64,000 nucleotides of DNA from a virus, in the IMG/VR virus record IMGVR_UViG_3300047157_000162, positions 32,001-96,000 of that record; one strand, given 5' to 3'. The notes below the pieces were generated by a model, which saw only the letters and a program-made list of their open reading frames with translations, searched no databases and was not told the origin of the DNA. The position numbers and the translations under genes were made by a program. Below are positions 23,005-32,762 of the stretch, one piece after another; the stretch's first letter is position 1; every line of letters begins with the position of its first letter.

Positions 23005-25215
23005 TTATCTTAATATTTTAGACGTAGAACCTCTATTGTCATATCTTTTAATTCCTAAATCGTAAACCTTTTTTTGCACTGGACTGACCGGTGAATATAA
23101 GTTTTTGTTACAAGCCATTATTGCTAACCCTGAACTTATAGAAGCATCATGCTTTGTTCTATTGTTTATATTGAATTTGCCCCAGTCTTCTAATGTTCTT
23201 TGAAAGTACATATCTCCATAACCAGCTTCTGTTCGTCCAACACAAGTTTCTATATATGATTCTATAGCTGCAGCGTGTGCCTGCTTTATATCTTCACTGG
23301 AGTTTGGTATACCACCTATTTCTCTTTCAGTTACAGATAATTTGTTTAATCTTTTATCAGGTCTGTTCATTGAGAAGCCTCTATAACCTCTTCTTTTAAA
23401 ATGATACAGTAATCTAGGTTTATTATTTTCCGCAAGTAATGGCATACCGTAAAATATGCAAGCCATCAATACATCTTCAAAAAATATCTCAGCAGTTTGA
23501 GGTCTAGCTATATATTCTAAAAAGAATCTATTAGGCGGAACATCTTCCATACTAAACTTAGTTAAACCGTGCAAAGCTCCGTTAGAACCTCTTTTATCAA
23601 CCGTACCTGATATATCATAACTGTCACACCCAAAAGCGCCACAGTGTTCGTTACCTGGATATTTTGTATTACCTTTTACTATAACTCTATTTTGCATTTG
23701 TACAGGTGGTACCCAACTAACGTTGAACCTACCGTTTTTATTTGGTACAAATATCACCTTAGTGTCTTTTATACCGTTCTCCCACATAAAACTTCCAGTG
23801 GTTATTATCGATGTATTTCTAAGGTCTTCGTTATAATCTATTTGTTCGTATATCTTTGTTAAGTTAAACAGAGATTGTTTTGCTTCATCCCTAAAAGCGT
23901 GTTGCTCTGTTCTTGGAAACTGACGGTAGTATTCGTTTAAACCATCTTGATCTCCTTTTAATCCTTCAACTTCATTGTTCCAGTATTCAATTACACCTTG
24001 TCTTATAGGTGATCCGTCAGGACCTTCAACTGGTTTTTTTGGCGTTTCAAATACAGGAAATCCATAAGAATCAATGTATCCCTCGTAGTTCCATTCCATA
24101 GGAATGAACAAGCTATAGAGTCCCGAACGAGTCTGTCCATTTGCATTTCTTTTTGTTGCGTCGGAGTCATAGTATAGTTTTTTAAAGTTCTCACCACCTT
24201 TGTCTAAAGCATTTGATGTACTACCCATCATACACTTACCTATAATTTTTGAACCTAATCTCAAACAAGTTTTTGTAACTCTCCAGTTATTTAATATGTT
24301 TGTAGGTCTTTCCCATTTACCACTTTCATCGTGGACTAATAGTTTTAATTTTTCCCCGTCGTACGAGTTGTCTCCGGTGTTTTTCCAGTCGATCGTGGTA
24401 TCGAGACCGGTAATTTCTTGTAGCTTTTCATTGGTATCAAGCTTTTTTCTCGTAAATTTAGAGGCCGGGACTCTGTACGCGAGCTCCGTTTTTGGCCTGT
24501 CCATACCGTCCTGGATTGGTTTGAAGAAGAACGGGTAATTAACTGAGATGGGTACAACTTTATCTGTAAACATCTTTTTTGCATCTGGACCAGACTTTGA
24601 TAAAATGCCGAATCTGGAGTCTGTTGATATTGTAGCTTGATTAACCGTTTCGCCTGAGGCCATGAAAGAAAACCCTGACCGTCTGTTCTTAAGATAGCAC
24701 ATTCCGTAACAACGAACATCTGATTTACAAGCTTCCCAGAATATAAAGAATAATCTGTTTGACTCCCTAAAGTCTGCTGCCCCAACATCAATTTTGGACC
24801 ACTGCAAGTACATGTAGTGAGTACCAGTAATATAAGAAGGCTTGTCTTTATTAAAAAACCAAAAACCTTCTTCACGCCTTTTAAATTCTGTATCAATATA
24901 GTCATACCACTTTTCTTTAAATTGTGAAGGGTATTCGTCCCAATCAAATACCGATTTTATCTTTGAAAGCTCTTTTGGGTATTCCGTGTGTTTCCACTTG
25001 TCTCCTTCAAATTTAATAACATCATCTTTCTTTGGCAATGCTATTTTTACTCCTTGTATTTCGTAAACCTCTCCTATCTGCCCGGTCTTACTGATTACAA
25101 CTACGTCGTATTCTTCGTTATAACCGTACTCCCATTTCTTATACCTGTTTAACCTTTTTAATATCTTAGGTTTGATATAGTCTTTTAATACTGCTACTAA
25201 GGTTTGTTCGTACAT
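23005..25215 (-). CDS. terL: Terminase large subunit
   Basis: Walker A LKNRRSGFS, Walker B LLVHDESGK, MGST coupling motif, nuclease GCDSYD and HDASISSG. Confidence 0.9.
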   Translation of the reverse strand: MYEQTLVAVLKDYIKPKILKRLNRYKKWEYGYNEEYDVVVISKTGQIGEVYEIQGVKIALPKKDDVIKFEGDKWKHTEYPKELSKIKSVFDWDEYPSQFKEKWYDYIDTEFKRREEGFWFFNKDKPSYITGTHYMYLQWSKIDVGAADFRESNRLFFIFWEACKSDVRCYGMCYLKNRRSGFSFMASGETVNQATISTDSRFGILSKSGPDAKKMFTDKVVPISVNYPFFFKPIQDGMDRPKTELAYRVPASKFTRKKLDTNEKLQEITGLDTTIDWKNTGDNSYDGEKLKLLVHDESGKWERPTNILNNWRVTKTCLRLGSKIIGKCMMGSTSNALDKGGENFKKLYYDSDATKRNANGQTRSGLYSLFIPMEWNYEGYIDSYGFPVFETPKKPVEGPDGSPIRQGVIEYWNNEVEGLKGDQDGLNEYYRQFPRTEQHAFRDEAKQSLFNLTKIYEQIDYNEDLRNTSIITTGSFMWENGIKDTKVIFVPNKNGRFNVSWVPPVQMQNRVIVKGNTKYPGNEHCGAFGCDSYDISGTVDKRGSNGALHGLTKFSMEDVPPNRFFLEYIARPQTAEIFFEDVLMACIFYGMPLLAENNKPRLLYHFKRRGYRGFSMNRPDKRLNKLSVTEREIGGIPNSSEDIKQAHAAAIESYIETCVGRTEAGYGDMYFQRTLEDWGKFNINNRTKHDASISSGLAIMACNKNLYSPVSPVQKKVYDLGIKRYDNRGSTSKILR

Positions 25216-25490
25216 TATCTAGATCTTCCTTCTGCAAAACCTTTAAAAGCTTTTTCTTCCTTAGCTTCTTTTGGGTTTTCATTTAATCTTTCATCCTCCT
25301 CTTCTATTCTAGCAAGTATTTCAAAAGCATCGAATATAGCTAATTTTTTAGTTGCGGCAGCATTTTTAAGTCTGTCAGCTGATAAATCATCTTCTGAGTC
25401 AACGATCTTTTCTTCTGCCACTTTAATTAACTCCTTAACTGCTTTTTGCCCAGCTAGGATTATATTCTTCTTGGTTTCTTTTGTATTCAT
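25215..25490 (-). CDS. Putative terminase small subunit
   Basis: 91-aa helical ORF overlapping the terL start; ends GFAEGRSR. Confidence 0.55.
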   Translation of the reverse strand: MNTKETKKNIILAGQKAVKELIKVAEEKIVDSEDDLSADRLKNAAATKKLAIFDAFEILARIEEEDERLNENPKEAKEEKAFKGFAEGRSR

Positions 25491-26040
25491 ACTTAATTAC
25501 AATATCATTAGATTTCATACAATAAACTCTTTGATCGTCTATTATAAAATCCCATTCACTGCCGGGTGTAAACCCTACTGTGTCCCCTGGATTGATATTA
25601 AGCGCTTTTAAAGAACTATTACCTATTTTTAATATACCAATAAGGTCTTGCTCTTTTTGTGATCTTAAAGTGTCTTTGTTTTTTAAAGGCATTACAAAGC
25701 ATCTGTCTCCAAATGATTTCCAATCCCCTGTATTTTTATACAAATATATTTGATCTGCCGAACAAAAGTGTAAGTCATCTTTAAAATGAGATCTACTTCT
25801 TTTCTTATTACCTCGGATATCATAAAAAACTCTAAATACATTATGATGTATTACTATGATATCGCCTTTTTTTATACTTGTTTTAAAAGCTTTTGGTGTT
25901 TCAACAACTATAGCTAAATTGTTTACAGACTTAAAGTCTTCAATTTTAGTGTTTAGTATTAATGTAACGTCGCCTAGCTTTACCTTGTTATCGTATCTAT
26001 CGCCAATAGGTTTGACGATAAAATCGTATAGACTTCTCAT
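25435..26040 (-). CDS. Tandem GroES-fold (double Cpn10-like) protein
   Basis: Two GroES-like halves: IVKPIGDRY...AIVVETP...IKKGDIIV and FGDRCFVMP...INPGDTVGF...IDDQRVYCMKSNDIV. Confidence 0.55.
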   Translation of the reverse strand: MRSLYDFIVKPIGDRYDNKVKLGDVTLILNTKIEDFKSVNNLAIVVETPKAFKTSIKKGDIIVIHHNVFRVFYDIRGNKKRSRSHFKDDLHFCSADQIYLYKNTGDWKSFGDRCFVMPLKNKDTLRSQKEQDLIGILKIGNSSLKALNINPGDTVGFTPGSEWDFIIDDQRVYCMKSNDIVIKYEYKRNQEEYNPSWAKSS

Positions 26041-26268
26041 TTAATATTCTAAATCATACTCAACGGATATTGCCATGTTAGAATTAAACTTCTTCCATGG
26101 CATCACCTCATTTCCTTTCTTTATGTAAATACTGTAAGAATTAGATTGTGTGTCATGTAGTATGCAATCTATAGTATGTCCACCATAAACGTTTTGCCCT
26201 ACTGAATAGTGCATAGCGTCATTCTTATAGTCAGAACCTATACTTATTTTTCTTACAACAGAACTCAT
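26041..26268 (-). CDS. Hypothetical protein
   Basis: 75-aa ORF tightly packed in the operon. Confidence 0.6.
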   Translation of the reverse strand: MSSVVRKISIGSDYKNDAMHYSVGQNVYGGHTIDCILHDTQSNSYSIYIKKGNEVMPWKKFNSNMAISVEYDLEY

Positions 26269-26528
26269 TATTCCGCTATCTCAAGAGTTTTTGTTTCTTC
26301 TTCTTGCTTAGCTTCTTCATAAGTACCATCAGCTAAGTTTACAGTGATGTCACCATACTCTTCTCTGATTTCAGCCTTAATACCATCTAATTCTTTTACA
26401 GCTTCAAAATGTGCTGATAGGTATTCTGCTTTTCTTGCCTCTAAAAATCCTACTTCTGTAAGTATAGAGTTCATTTTTCCTGTTGCGTCTTTAATAGACT
26501 TTAATTGTTCATCTGTTAATTTTCCCAT
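26268..26528 (-). CDS. Hypothetical coiled-coil protein
   Basis: 86 aa, ends EYGDITVNLADGTY; follows class II promoter motif. Confidence 0.6.
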   Translation of the reverse strand: MGKLTDEQLKSIKDATGKMNSILTEVGFLEARKAEYLSAHFEAVKELDGIKAEIREEYGDITVNLADGTYEEAKQEEETKTLEIAE

Positions 26529-26561
26529 TTTATTTAATTTAATTGGTTACTGTTATTACTA

Positions 26562-26587
26562 TTATTACTTGTTTTTAATCTTTTTAC
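26562..26587 (-). promoter_or_regulatory. Class II promoter motif
   Basis: GTAAAAA-N7-AACAAGTAATAA upstream of the terminase/portal operon. Confidence 0.55.
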
Positions 26588-26985
26588 TTTTTAAATAAAG
26601 GTCCTAGCTTATCTACTATTTTCTCACCACTTCTACCAATTACATAACCTCCAATACCTATTTCTAGTAATTGCCAAAACTCAGGCTCTAAAACAGGTGT
26701 TACAAGTCTTGTAGATAACTGTGATATAAACTTAGTGTATATGATTATAAAACCAAATGAAAGCATTAGTATTGGTCTCCAGCTTCTCTGCAACCAATTA
26801 CCCTTAGCTTCTGCTACAATAATCTCAGTTTGCATTTTTTGAAGCTCTAATTGGGCATCTTGTAATACTTTAAATATTTCATTTCTAGCATTTAACCTTT
26901 CTTCTTCGCTGGTAAATAAGCTATCAACTACATCACCAACTTGTTTAAAGACTTTAGTACTGAAAAATTCTAATATCTTTTTCAC
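26584..26985 (-). CDS. Holin (3TM family)
   Basis: WLQRSWRPILMLSFGFIII and LLEIGIGGYVIGRSGEK motifs of 3TM holins. Confidence 0.75.
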   Translation of the reverse strand: MKKILEFFSTKVFKQVGDVVDSLFTSEEERLNARNEIFKVLQDAQLELQKMQTEIIVAEAKGNWLQRSWRPILMLSFGFIIIYTKFISQLSTRLVTPVLEPEFWQLLEIGIGGYVIGRSGEKIVDKLGPLFKK

Positions 26986-26989
26986 TTTT

Positions 26990-27721
26990 TTAAGAATTAC
27001 CTTTACGTTTAGCTCTTTTAGCTAGTCTTTCTGATTTAGCTGTTAATTGAGCTCTATAAGAAGGATTTTTAGATTTTTTTGCTTTTGCTGAAGCTGCTTC
27101 AGATTTAGATTTAGCTTTGTTAGCTCTCATCTGTGATTTAGATACACCTGCTGCTTTATCTGCTTTCTTTCTTTTTCTTATAGCTTTTCTAGAGTTGTCT
27201 TTAGGCGCGGTTTTTACAGTAGGTTTTTTACTAACATTTACATCAGAAGCTTTAGGTGCTTCAATTGTCCTTTCTATCTTCTTAGCTTTTGGCGCTTGTA
27301 TTGTTTTAGCTTTTGCTCTAGTTCTTGGCGGGGTTTTAGTGTTTGAAGTAGTTGTTTTTCTTTTCTTAACCTCTTCAACTGCTTTTTTACCAGTAACAAA
27401 ATCAGTTCCAGATTTTCCAAAACCTGTATCGAATTCAATATTTTGCTTTGGTCCTTGTATAGGTTTAGAAGGGTCTATTGGTGCAGGAGTTGTTTTTTTA
27501 ACTGTACTTAATCTACCTTGAGCAGATTTGTATTTATTTTCTGCAAGATAATTTCTAACTCTAGAATGTTCTTTTGGATTATAACTACTGTAGTCTGATA
27601 CTATTTTAGTATCTTTCTCAGGGCTGTACTTAGATTTATTACCTCTATTGTTAGCATAAGGATTTTTTGGGTCAAAATTAAGCGGTGACTCTGATATGAA
27701 TTTTTTTATTTTAAATGCCAT
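26990..27721 (-). CDS. Highly basic Lys/Arg/Ala-rich protein (possible DNA-condensing internal protein)
   Basis: 243 aa, very K/R-rich C-half. Confidence 0.55.
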   Translation of the reverse strand: MAFKIKKFISESPLNFDPKNPYANNRGNKSKYSPEKDTKIVSDYSSYNPKEHSRVRNYLAENKYKSAQGRLSTVKKTTPAPIDPSKPIQGPKQNIEFDTGFGKSGTDFVTGKKAVEEVKKRKTTTSNTKTPPRTRAKAKTIQAPKAKKIERTIEAPKASDVNVSKKPTVKTAPKDNSRKAIRKRKKADKAAGVSKSQMRANKAKSKSEAASAKAKKSKNPSYRAQLTAKSERLAKRAKRKGNS

Positions 27722-27726
27722 GATTT

Positions 27727-28044
27727 TTATTTATTTTTTGTTTTTGTATATGCTTCTTTTTCCCAGGGTAAGTTTTTAGCTCCTTCCTGCATTTTAGCTC
27801 TTGAATATTTTTTACCTTTCCAGTAAACATTGTTATCGTCGTAATCTAAATCACCACGTTTCATTTGGTCTATGTGCACCATTTCATGAGATATAACATG
27901 CTCTCTTTTGTTTGGATCTAGGTCTTTACTTATAATTATAGTACCATTGTTATTAGCTTTACCTAAAACACCTTGCTCCATATCTACGCTGTAAATAGGA
28001 GTGTTATCACAATTATAAGGTGGGTTGTTTAGTTTAAAAGCCAT
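27727..28044 (-). CDS. Small zincin metallopeptidase
   Basis: HVISHEMVHIDQ HExxH plus downstream PWEKEAY glutamate. Confidence 0.7.
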   Translation of the reverse strand: MAFKLNNPPYNCDNTPIYSVDMEQGVLGKANNNGTIIISKDLDPNKREHVISHEMVHIDQMKRGDLDYDDNNVYWKGKKYSRAKMQEGAKNLPWEKEAYTKTKNK

Positions 28045-28057
28045 ACAAAAACTTATA

Positions 28058-28156
28058 TTAGCAGTTGCAATGTTTAGACATCCAAGAACCCTTCATAGCT
28101 AATGGGCTTTTGCTTTTACATCCTTTTTTATCTAATGGACTTCCGTAATTTGCCAT
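28058..28156 (-). CDS. Basic microprotein (32 aa)
   Basis: MANYGSPLDKKGCKSKSPLAMKGSWMSKHCNC*, in operon with A-rich leader. Confidence 0.45.
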   Translation of the reverse strand: MANYGSPLDKKGCKSKSPLAMKGSWMSKHCNC

Positions 28157-28224
28157 TGATTCTTTACTTTCGTTTTTTGGTTTTTTGTTGTAATTTTTCA
28201 TTGTTATGTTTATTTATTAATTGT

Positions 28225-28515
28225 TTAAAACCTACTACAGCACCATCTTTTTCTAGCTGCTTTACCTCTCTCACCTTTCCAGCTTTTTGATCTAGAGCAA
28301 AATGCTTTTTGTCTTTTATAAGCTTTAGTTCCAGGTTTTACATCACATTTAGTAACAGCTGTTTTAAGTTTACTACCTGGGTTTTGCTTTCTATATTTTT
28401 TAACACCAGCGGCTGTCATACCAGCTCCTTCGCTAGTTGTTCTAAAATTTCTTCCTTTACCTTTTGTTGTTTTTCTAACTCTAAGTAGAGGAGATTCTCT
28501 TTGAACATAAGCCAT
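28225..28515 (-). CDS. Small basic protein
   Basis: 96 aa, AFCSRS...RKRWCC motif. Confidence 0.6.
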   Translation of the reverse strand: MAYVQRESPLLRVRKTTKGKGRNFRTTSEGAGMTAAGVKKYRKQNPGSKLKTAVTKCDVKPGTKAYKRQKAFCSRSKSWKGERGKAARKRWCCSRF

Positions 28516-28518
28516 ATC

Positions 28519-28665
28519 TTATTCTTTTAATTTAACCCACTTAGATAACGTATAACCTATAGTTACCAGTAGTAATAATATCTTTAAGTATACTTCTATA
28601 TTAGTCATAGTTACTGCCATTGTGGCAAGGTTTATTGCGTATAATTTTACATCCTGAGCTAGCAT
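28519..28665 (-). CDS. Small membrane protein (holin/antiholin-like)
   Basis: MLAQDVKLYAINLATMAVTMTNIEVYLKILLLLVTIGYTLSKWVKLKE*. Confidence 0.5.
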   Translation of the reverse strand: MLAQDVKLYAINLATMAVTMTNIEVYLKILLLLVTIGYTLSKWVKLKE

Positions 28666-28671
28666 AGCTTA

Positions 28672-28848
28672 CTATTTAGCTCGTTGTGTGATAGGTCCTT
28701 TCATAGAGCTACACCCGCAGTGTGCTTTAGAAATTTCCATTCCGTATTTACCTGAACTAGATCCTTTACCTTTTGGTAGTGCGTCTAAATCTAATGGTCC
28801 ATCCCATATAGCGTTTTGACCTGATGCTTTTTTATTAATGTTATCCAT
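28672..28848 (-). CDS. Hypothetical small protein
   Basis: MDNINKKASGQNAIWDGPLD...KGPITQRAK*. Confidence 0.5.
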   Translation of the reverse strand: MDNINKKASGQNAIWDGPLDLDALPKGKGSSSGKYGMEISKAHCGCSSMKGPITQRAK

Positions 28849-28866
28849 ATCTTTATTTTTTTTATT

Positions 28867-29133
28867 TTATTTTTTATACCCTTCAACTCTAGCCTTTATA
28901 ACATCAGCTCTAGTAATTTCACCATCTCCATTTTGATCTTCAAAATATAAAGGTGTTATTTCTCTTTGTGGCATGCTTTTAGCTCTTTGATCTGGTGTTC
29001 CAAATACATACTGAGCGTTTGCAGCTTGATTTGGATTAAACACAGGTTTAGCATTCCCCATCTCATTTGAAGGTACAGGCGCTCCCGGATTTTGGAATAT
29101 TGGTTGACCCAATAAGTTTTCATCTTGTTTCAT
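28867..29133 (-). CDS. Small protein with EF-hand-like loop
   Basis: DQNGDGEITRADV. Confidence 0.55.
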   Translation of the reverse strand: MKQDENLLGQPIFQNPGAPVPSNEMGNAKPVFNPNQAANAQYVFGTPDQRAKSMPQREITPLYFEDQNGDGEITRADVIKARVEGYKK

Positions 29134-29560
29134 CTTTATTGACGTTTTTTATAGACACACTTAATACTTTATCTGTATAAGTATCTCCTTTCATTATTCT
29201 GTTTCTACTACTCGTAGGTATATCATCTTGACCTAGCATTATTCTATAAATTCTATTTATAAGTTGCTTGCCCTTGAATGATACTTTATATATATGATAC
29301 TTTTGAGTAGTTCTATTTCTTTTTCGCCAAACAGAAATCCAGTCTTCCTTCAATAATTTATTCCATCTTCTATTATCCCAACTGTATGAAAACGTACCTG
29401 TTTTAAAATCTTGCTTAGTAAACATGTCTAAACAATCTAAATAAATTAATAGTTCTAGATCAGCGTCGTTTAAGTCATTATTTCTACATGCCCATTTTCG
29501 TATGATTCTGTAGTGTTTCAATAACCCTAACTTTTTAACATCACTAGCATCTATTCTCAT
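29120..29560 (-). CDS. Putative winged-helix DNA-binding protein
   Basis: LNDADLELLIYL...KLLKEDWISVW...YKVSFKGKQLI resembles MarR-type wHTH. Confidence 0.5.
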   Translation of the reverse strand: MRIDASDVKKLGLLKHYRIIRKWACRNNDLNDADLELLIYLDCLDMFTKQDFKTGTFSYSWDNRRWNKLLKEDWISVWRKRNRTTQKYHIYKVSFKGKQLINRIYRIMLGQDDIPTSSRNRIMKGDTYTDKVLSVSIKNVNKDETR

Positions 29561-29823
29561 AAAACTACAACTATATCTTGCATTTTTATAACTTGATACG
29601 GATCACCTTCTATTTCTATTGTGTGACCAGCGTGTCTATCGTAGTAAATTAAATCACCTTCATTTAGACCTGCTTTGGTTGCTTCTTCTCCAGGAGATAT
29701 TACAGATGCTTTAATGTATCTTATATCTTCCCTTTGTTTTTCGGCAAGAAGTAAACCGCCTTTAGTAGCGGCCACTCCTTCTTTTTGTTTCTTTATTATT
29801 AAGTTTCTACCTATCGCCTTCAT
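29557..29823 (-). CDS. groES: Co-chaperonin GroES
   Basis: MKAIGRNLIIK...TKGGLLL mobile loop...GDLIYYD...IEGDPYQVIKMQDIVVVL. Confidence 0.9.
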   Translation of the reverse strand: MKAIGRNLIIKKQKEGVAATKGGLLLAEKQREDIRYIKASVISPGEEATKAGLNEGDLIYYDRHAGHTIEIEGDPYQVIKMQDIVVVL

Positions 29824-31360
29824 TTGCTCTTAAATTATTAATTACACAATCAGTTGATAATATTGTAGTAGCTACAGATGCAGCGTTTCTTAATGCACTT
29901 TTGGTTACCATTAACGGATCAATTATACCGTGTTTAACCATATCTACAGGTTCTCCTGTTATTGCATTCAAACCAACACCTTTATCTTGTGGCTGTGACG
30001 CTGTGATACCTGCATTTTCTAATATTGTAAAGTAAGGGGCTTTTATAGCTTTTAATAAAACTTCTTCACCTAATCCTTCACTTTTAATATATGTTGAAGC
30101 ATTTAATAATGCAACGCCTCCGCCTGGTACAATACCTTCTTTTACGGCTGCTTTTGTTGCACAGATAGCATCTTCAACTCTATCAGTTTTTTCTTTTAAC
30201 TCTACTTCAGAGTTTGCACCAACTTTAACCACCGCAATTTTAGCGGTTAACATGGATAATCTTTTTTCAAGCTTTATAACCTCCCAGCTTTTTAGCGTGT
30301 TATTTGTAAGCTTTTCTTTTATACTACGTATTACATCCTTTATTTTTTCGGATGCCTCAGAGACCGTTATAACAGTGTCCTCGTGTGAGGTAACACTTTT
30401 TAAACAAGATCCTAAATACTCTACGTCAATTGAATCAAGGTCATCACCTAAATCTTCGTTGACTATTGTAGCGCCAGTTAGTAAAGAAAGATCTTCAAGT
30501 ACTTCTCGTTTGCTAATACCATAAGTAGGAGCATTGATTACATTTACTTTTAGATTACCTTTCTTTTTATTGGTGGCCAGAGTTGATAAAACACCTTGTT
30601 CTAAATCGCCTATAATAAGCAAAGGTTTATTGTTTTTTATTACGTACTCCAGCACTTTTTGTATATCTCTTATAGTATTAACTGGGGATTCCATAATTAA
30701 TACTAGTGGATTTTCTAATTCCGCTGTTTTTGTTTGTTCGTTTGTAATGAAATGAGAGTTTGTTAAACCTTTGTCGTAAGGTACACCTTCAATTAATTCA
30801 GAAACAGTTTTACCGTCACCGGCAGTTTCCATCATTACAATACCTGTGTTATCTACAGATCTAAACGCATCAGCTATAATAGAACCTAATTCATTGTCGT
30901 TGTTAACGGATATAGAAGCTATATTATCTAGCATGTCTCCTTTCACGTCAACCGCTAGCTTTTCTAAATACTTAATTACTTTTTCAACTGCAGAATTTAT
31001 ACCATCTTTTATTTCTCTGGCATTTTTCTTTTCTGAAACAGCATAAGCTTCTTTTAATATAGCGTGAGCTAAAACAGTTGCGGTAGTTGTACCGTCACCT
31101 GCTTCTTGAACAGTTTTTCTAGCAGCTTCCTTTAACAATGTAGATCCCATGTTTTCAACTGGATCAAACAATATTATAGAATCAGCTACAGTAACACCGT
31201 CTTTTGTTATCACGGGTTTACCCGTACCGTCTTCTAGCATCACGCATTTACCGCCAGCTCCTAATGTAGAGCTGACAGCATTTGCTAACTTTTCTATTCC
31301 TTTAAATACTTGATCTCTAGCATCGTCACCAAAGTTCAAGTTTTTGACAATTCCGTTCAT
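29807..31360 (-). CDS. groEL: Chaperonin GroEL
   Basis: ITKDGVTVA, AGDGTTTATVLA, DRVEDA, GIVPGGG, GIIDP; no GGM tail. Confidence 0.97.
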   Translation of the reverse strand: MNGIVKNLNFGDDARDQVFKGIEKLANAVSSTLGAGGKCVMLEDGTGKPVITKDGVTVADSIILFDPVENMGSTLLKEAARKTVQEAGDGTTTATVLAHAILKEAYAVSEKKNAREIKDGINSAVEKVIKYLEKLAVDVKGDMLDNIASISVNNDNELGSIIADAFRSVDNTGIVMMETAGDGKTVSELIEGVPYDKGLTNSHFITNEQTKTAELENPLVLIMESPVNTIRDIQKVLEYVIKNNKPLLIIGDLEQGVLSTLATNKKKGNLKVNVINAPTYGISKREVLEDLSLLTGATIVNEDLGDDLDSIDVEYLGSCLKSVTSHEDTVITVSEASEKIKDVIRSIKEKLTNNTLKSWEVIKLEKRLSMLTAKIAVVKVGANSEVELKEKTDRVEDAICATKAAVKEGIVPGGGVALLNASTYIKSEGLGEEVLLKAIKAPYFTILENAGITASQPQDKGVGLNAITGEPVDMVKHGIIDPLMVTKSALRNAASVATTILSTDCVINNLRANEGDR

Positions 31361-31411
31361 ATTTAATTTAATTTGATTTGATTTAATTCACCTTTTTCAG
31401 GTATACGAGTA

Positions 31412-31438
31412 TTATTACTCGTTTTCTTCGATTTTTAC
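31412..31438 (-). promoter_or_regulatory. Class II promoter motif
   Basis: GTAAAAA-N8-AACGAGTAATAA upstream of groEL. Confidence 0.6.
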
Positions 31439-31442
31439 CTAA

Positions 31443-31840
31443 TTAATCTTCAGTCTCAGGCTCTTGCGGCTCTTCAACCTCAGGTGTTGGTGGTACAGGC
31501 TCTCCGATAGTTAGTGTAACACTTGTAGGTGTAATCAAACTATCTATTTGACTTTGTATGCTTGCTTCAATGCTAGCAACTTGTTCGTCACCCATTGCTC
31601 CTTTAGTCCAAGCAACTACTTCATCATTTGTTAATTGATCAAACGGTATGAATTCTGTTATCTGACTTGTGTCTAGAGTTTGTGTTCCAATGTTTGTAGC
31701 TGAGTAAGCTTTTCCTTCAGAATCTACCTCATCTGAGGTACACCTGTTACAATCCAGTGCACATTGTACACTACATCCGCTTCGTTGTTTTGTTCTGGGT
31801 AGCAATCTACTGTTTTGCAATTCCAATTGTAAGTTGTCAT
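31443..31840 (-). CDS. Tail-associated small protein (frameshift near 31740)
   Basis: True start MTTYNWNCKTVDCYPEQNNEADVVYNVHW at 31840 joins FIPFDQLTNDEVVAW. Confidence 0.6.
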
Positions 31841-31874
31841 AATTTTTGTTTTTAATTTTGGTTTATTTATTTAT

Positions 31875-32762
31875 TTATTTATTGAAAACTGTTGCACTGT
31901 TAAACATTTCAGACATATTAATCACATTACTCACATCCCAATTTCCTATAGCCGCATTGAAAGAGACTGCACTTTTAAACATACTGCTCATATAAACAAC
32001 GCTGCTAACATCCCATCCGGTAATATCGTTATTAAAAGAAGTGGAGTTCATAAACATTGATGACATATTAGTCACACTACTCACATCCCAGGAATCAATA
32101 TCTTGGTTAAAAGCTGATGTTCCACTATTAGGTAATCTAAACATACTACCCATATCTGTTACGCTACTCACGTCCCAGTCACTTAGCGGCTGATTAAAAG
32201 AGGTTGCACCATAAAACATTGATCTCATATATGTCACATTACTCACATCCCAGCTTTCAATATCTTGATTGAAAGAGGTTGCAACATAAAACATAAGACC
32301 AGTATTCCAAGCGTTACCTAAATCCCAAGAACCAATATTTTGATTGAAAGCAGACGCTCCCTTAAACATACCTTGAAACACCGTGCCGTTACCTGTATTC
32401 CAAGAACTAATATCAGCATTAAAAGTATTTTTATTTTCAAAGGCATAGCTAAAATCTGTTACTCTACTCACATCCCAATTTGGCATAGTGCCGAAAGGTG
32501 TTACGTTGTAAAGACCCGTAACAGGCTCTTGAGCTAAGCAAGTAGCTATAATTGAATTAAAATTAGCATCTGTTATATATAAAGTTCCTCCAGCATCATA
32601 GTTTCTAAATTGAAGTAAATTACTTTCATCACCTGGCCCGTAGTTAGAATCAAACTTGCCTAATATAGCGTCATCAAATGAATCAACTAAATCATCTGTT
32701 GTTGGATTGACAGTCGAGACAACATCTTGCAATGAAAAAGTAGTTGTATTTGGTACTGCCAT
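31875..32762 (-). CDS. DUF285/BspA-like repeat protein
   Basis: About 8 repeats of FNQDIxxWDVSxVTxMxSMF. Confidence 0.85.
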   Translation of the reverse strand: MAVPNTTTFSLQDVVSTVNPTTDDLVDSFDDAILGKFDSNYGPGDESNLLQFRNYDAGGTLYITDANFNSIIATCLAQEPVTGLYNVTPFGTMPNWDVSRVTDFSYAFENKNTFNADISSWNTGNGTVFQGMFKGASAFNQNIGSWDLGNAWNTGLMFYVATSFNQDIESWDVSNVTYMRSMFYGATSFNQPLSDWDVSSVTDMGSMFRLPNSGTSAFNQDIDSWDVSSVTNMSSMFMNSTSFNNDITGWDVSSVVYMSSMFKSAVSFNAAIGNWDVSNVINMSEMFNSATVFNK

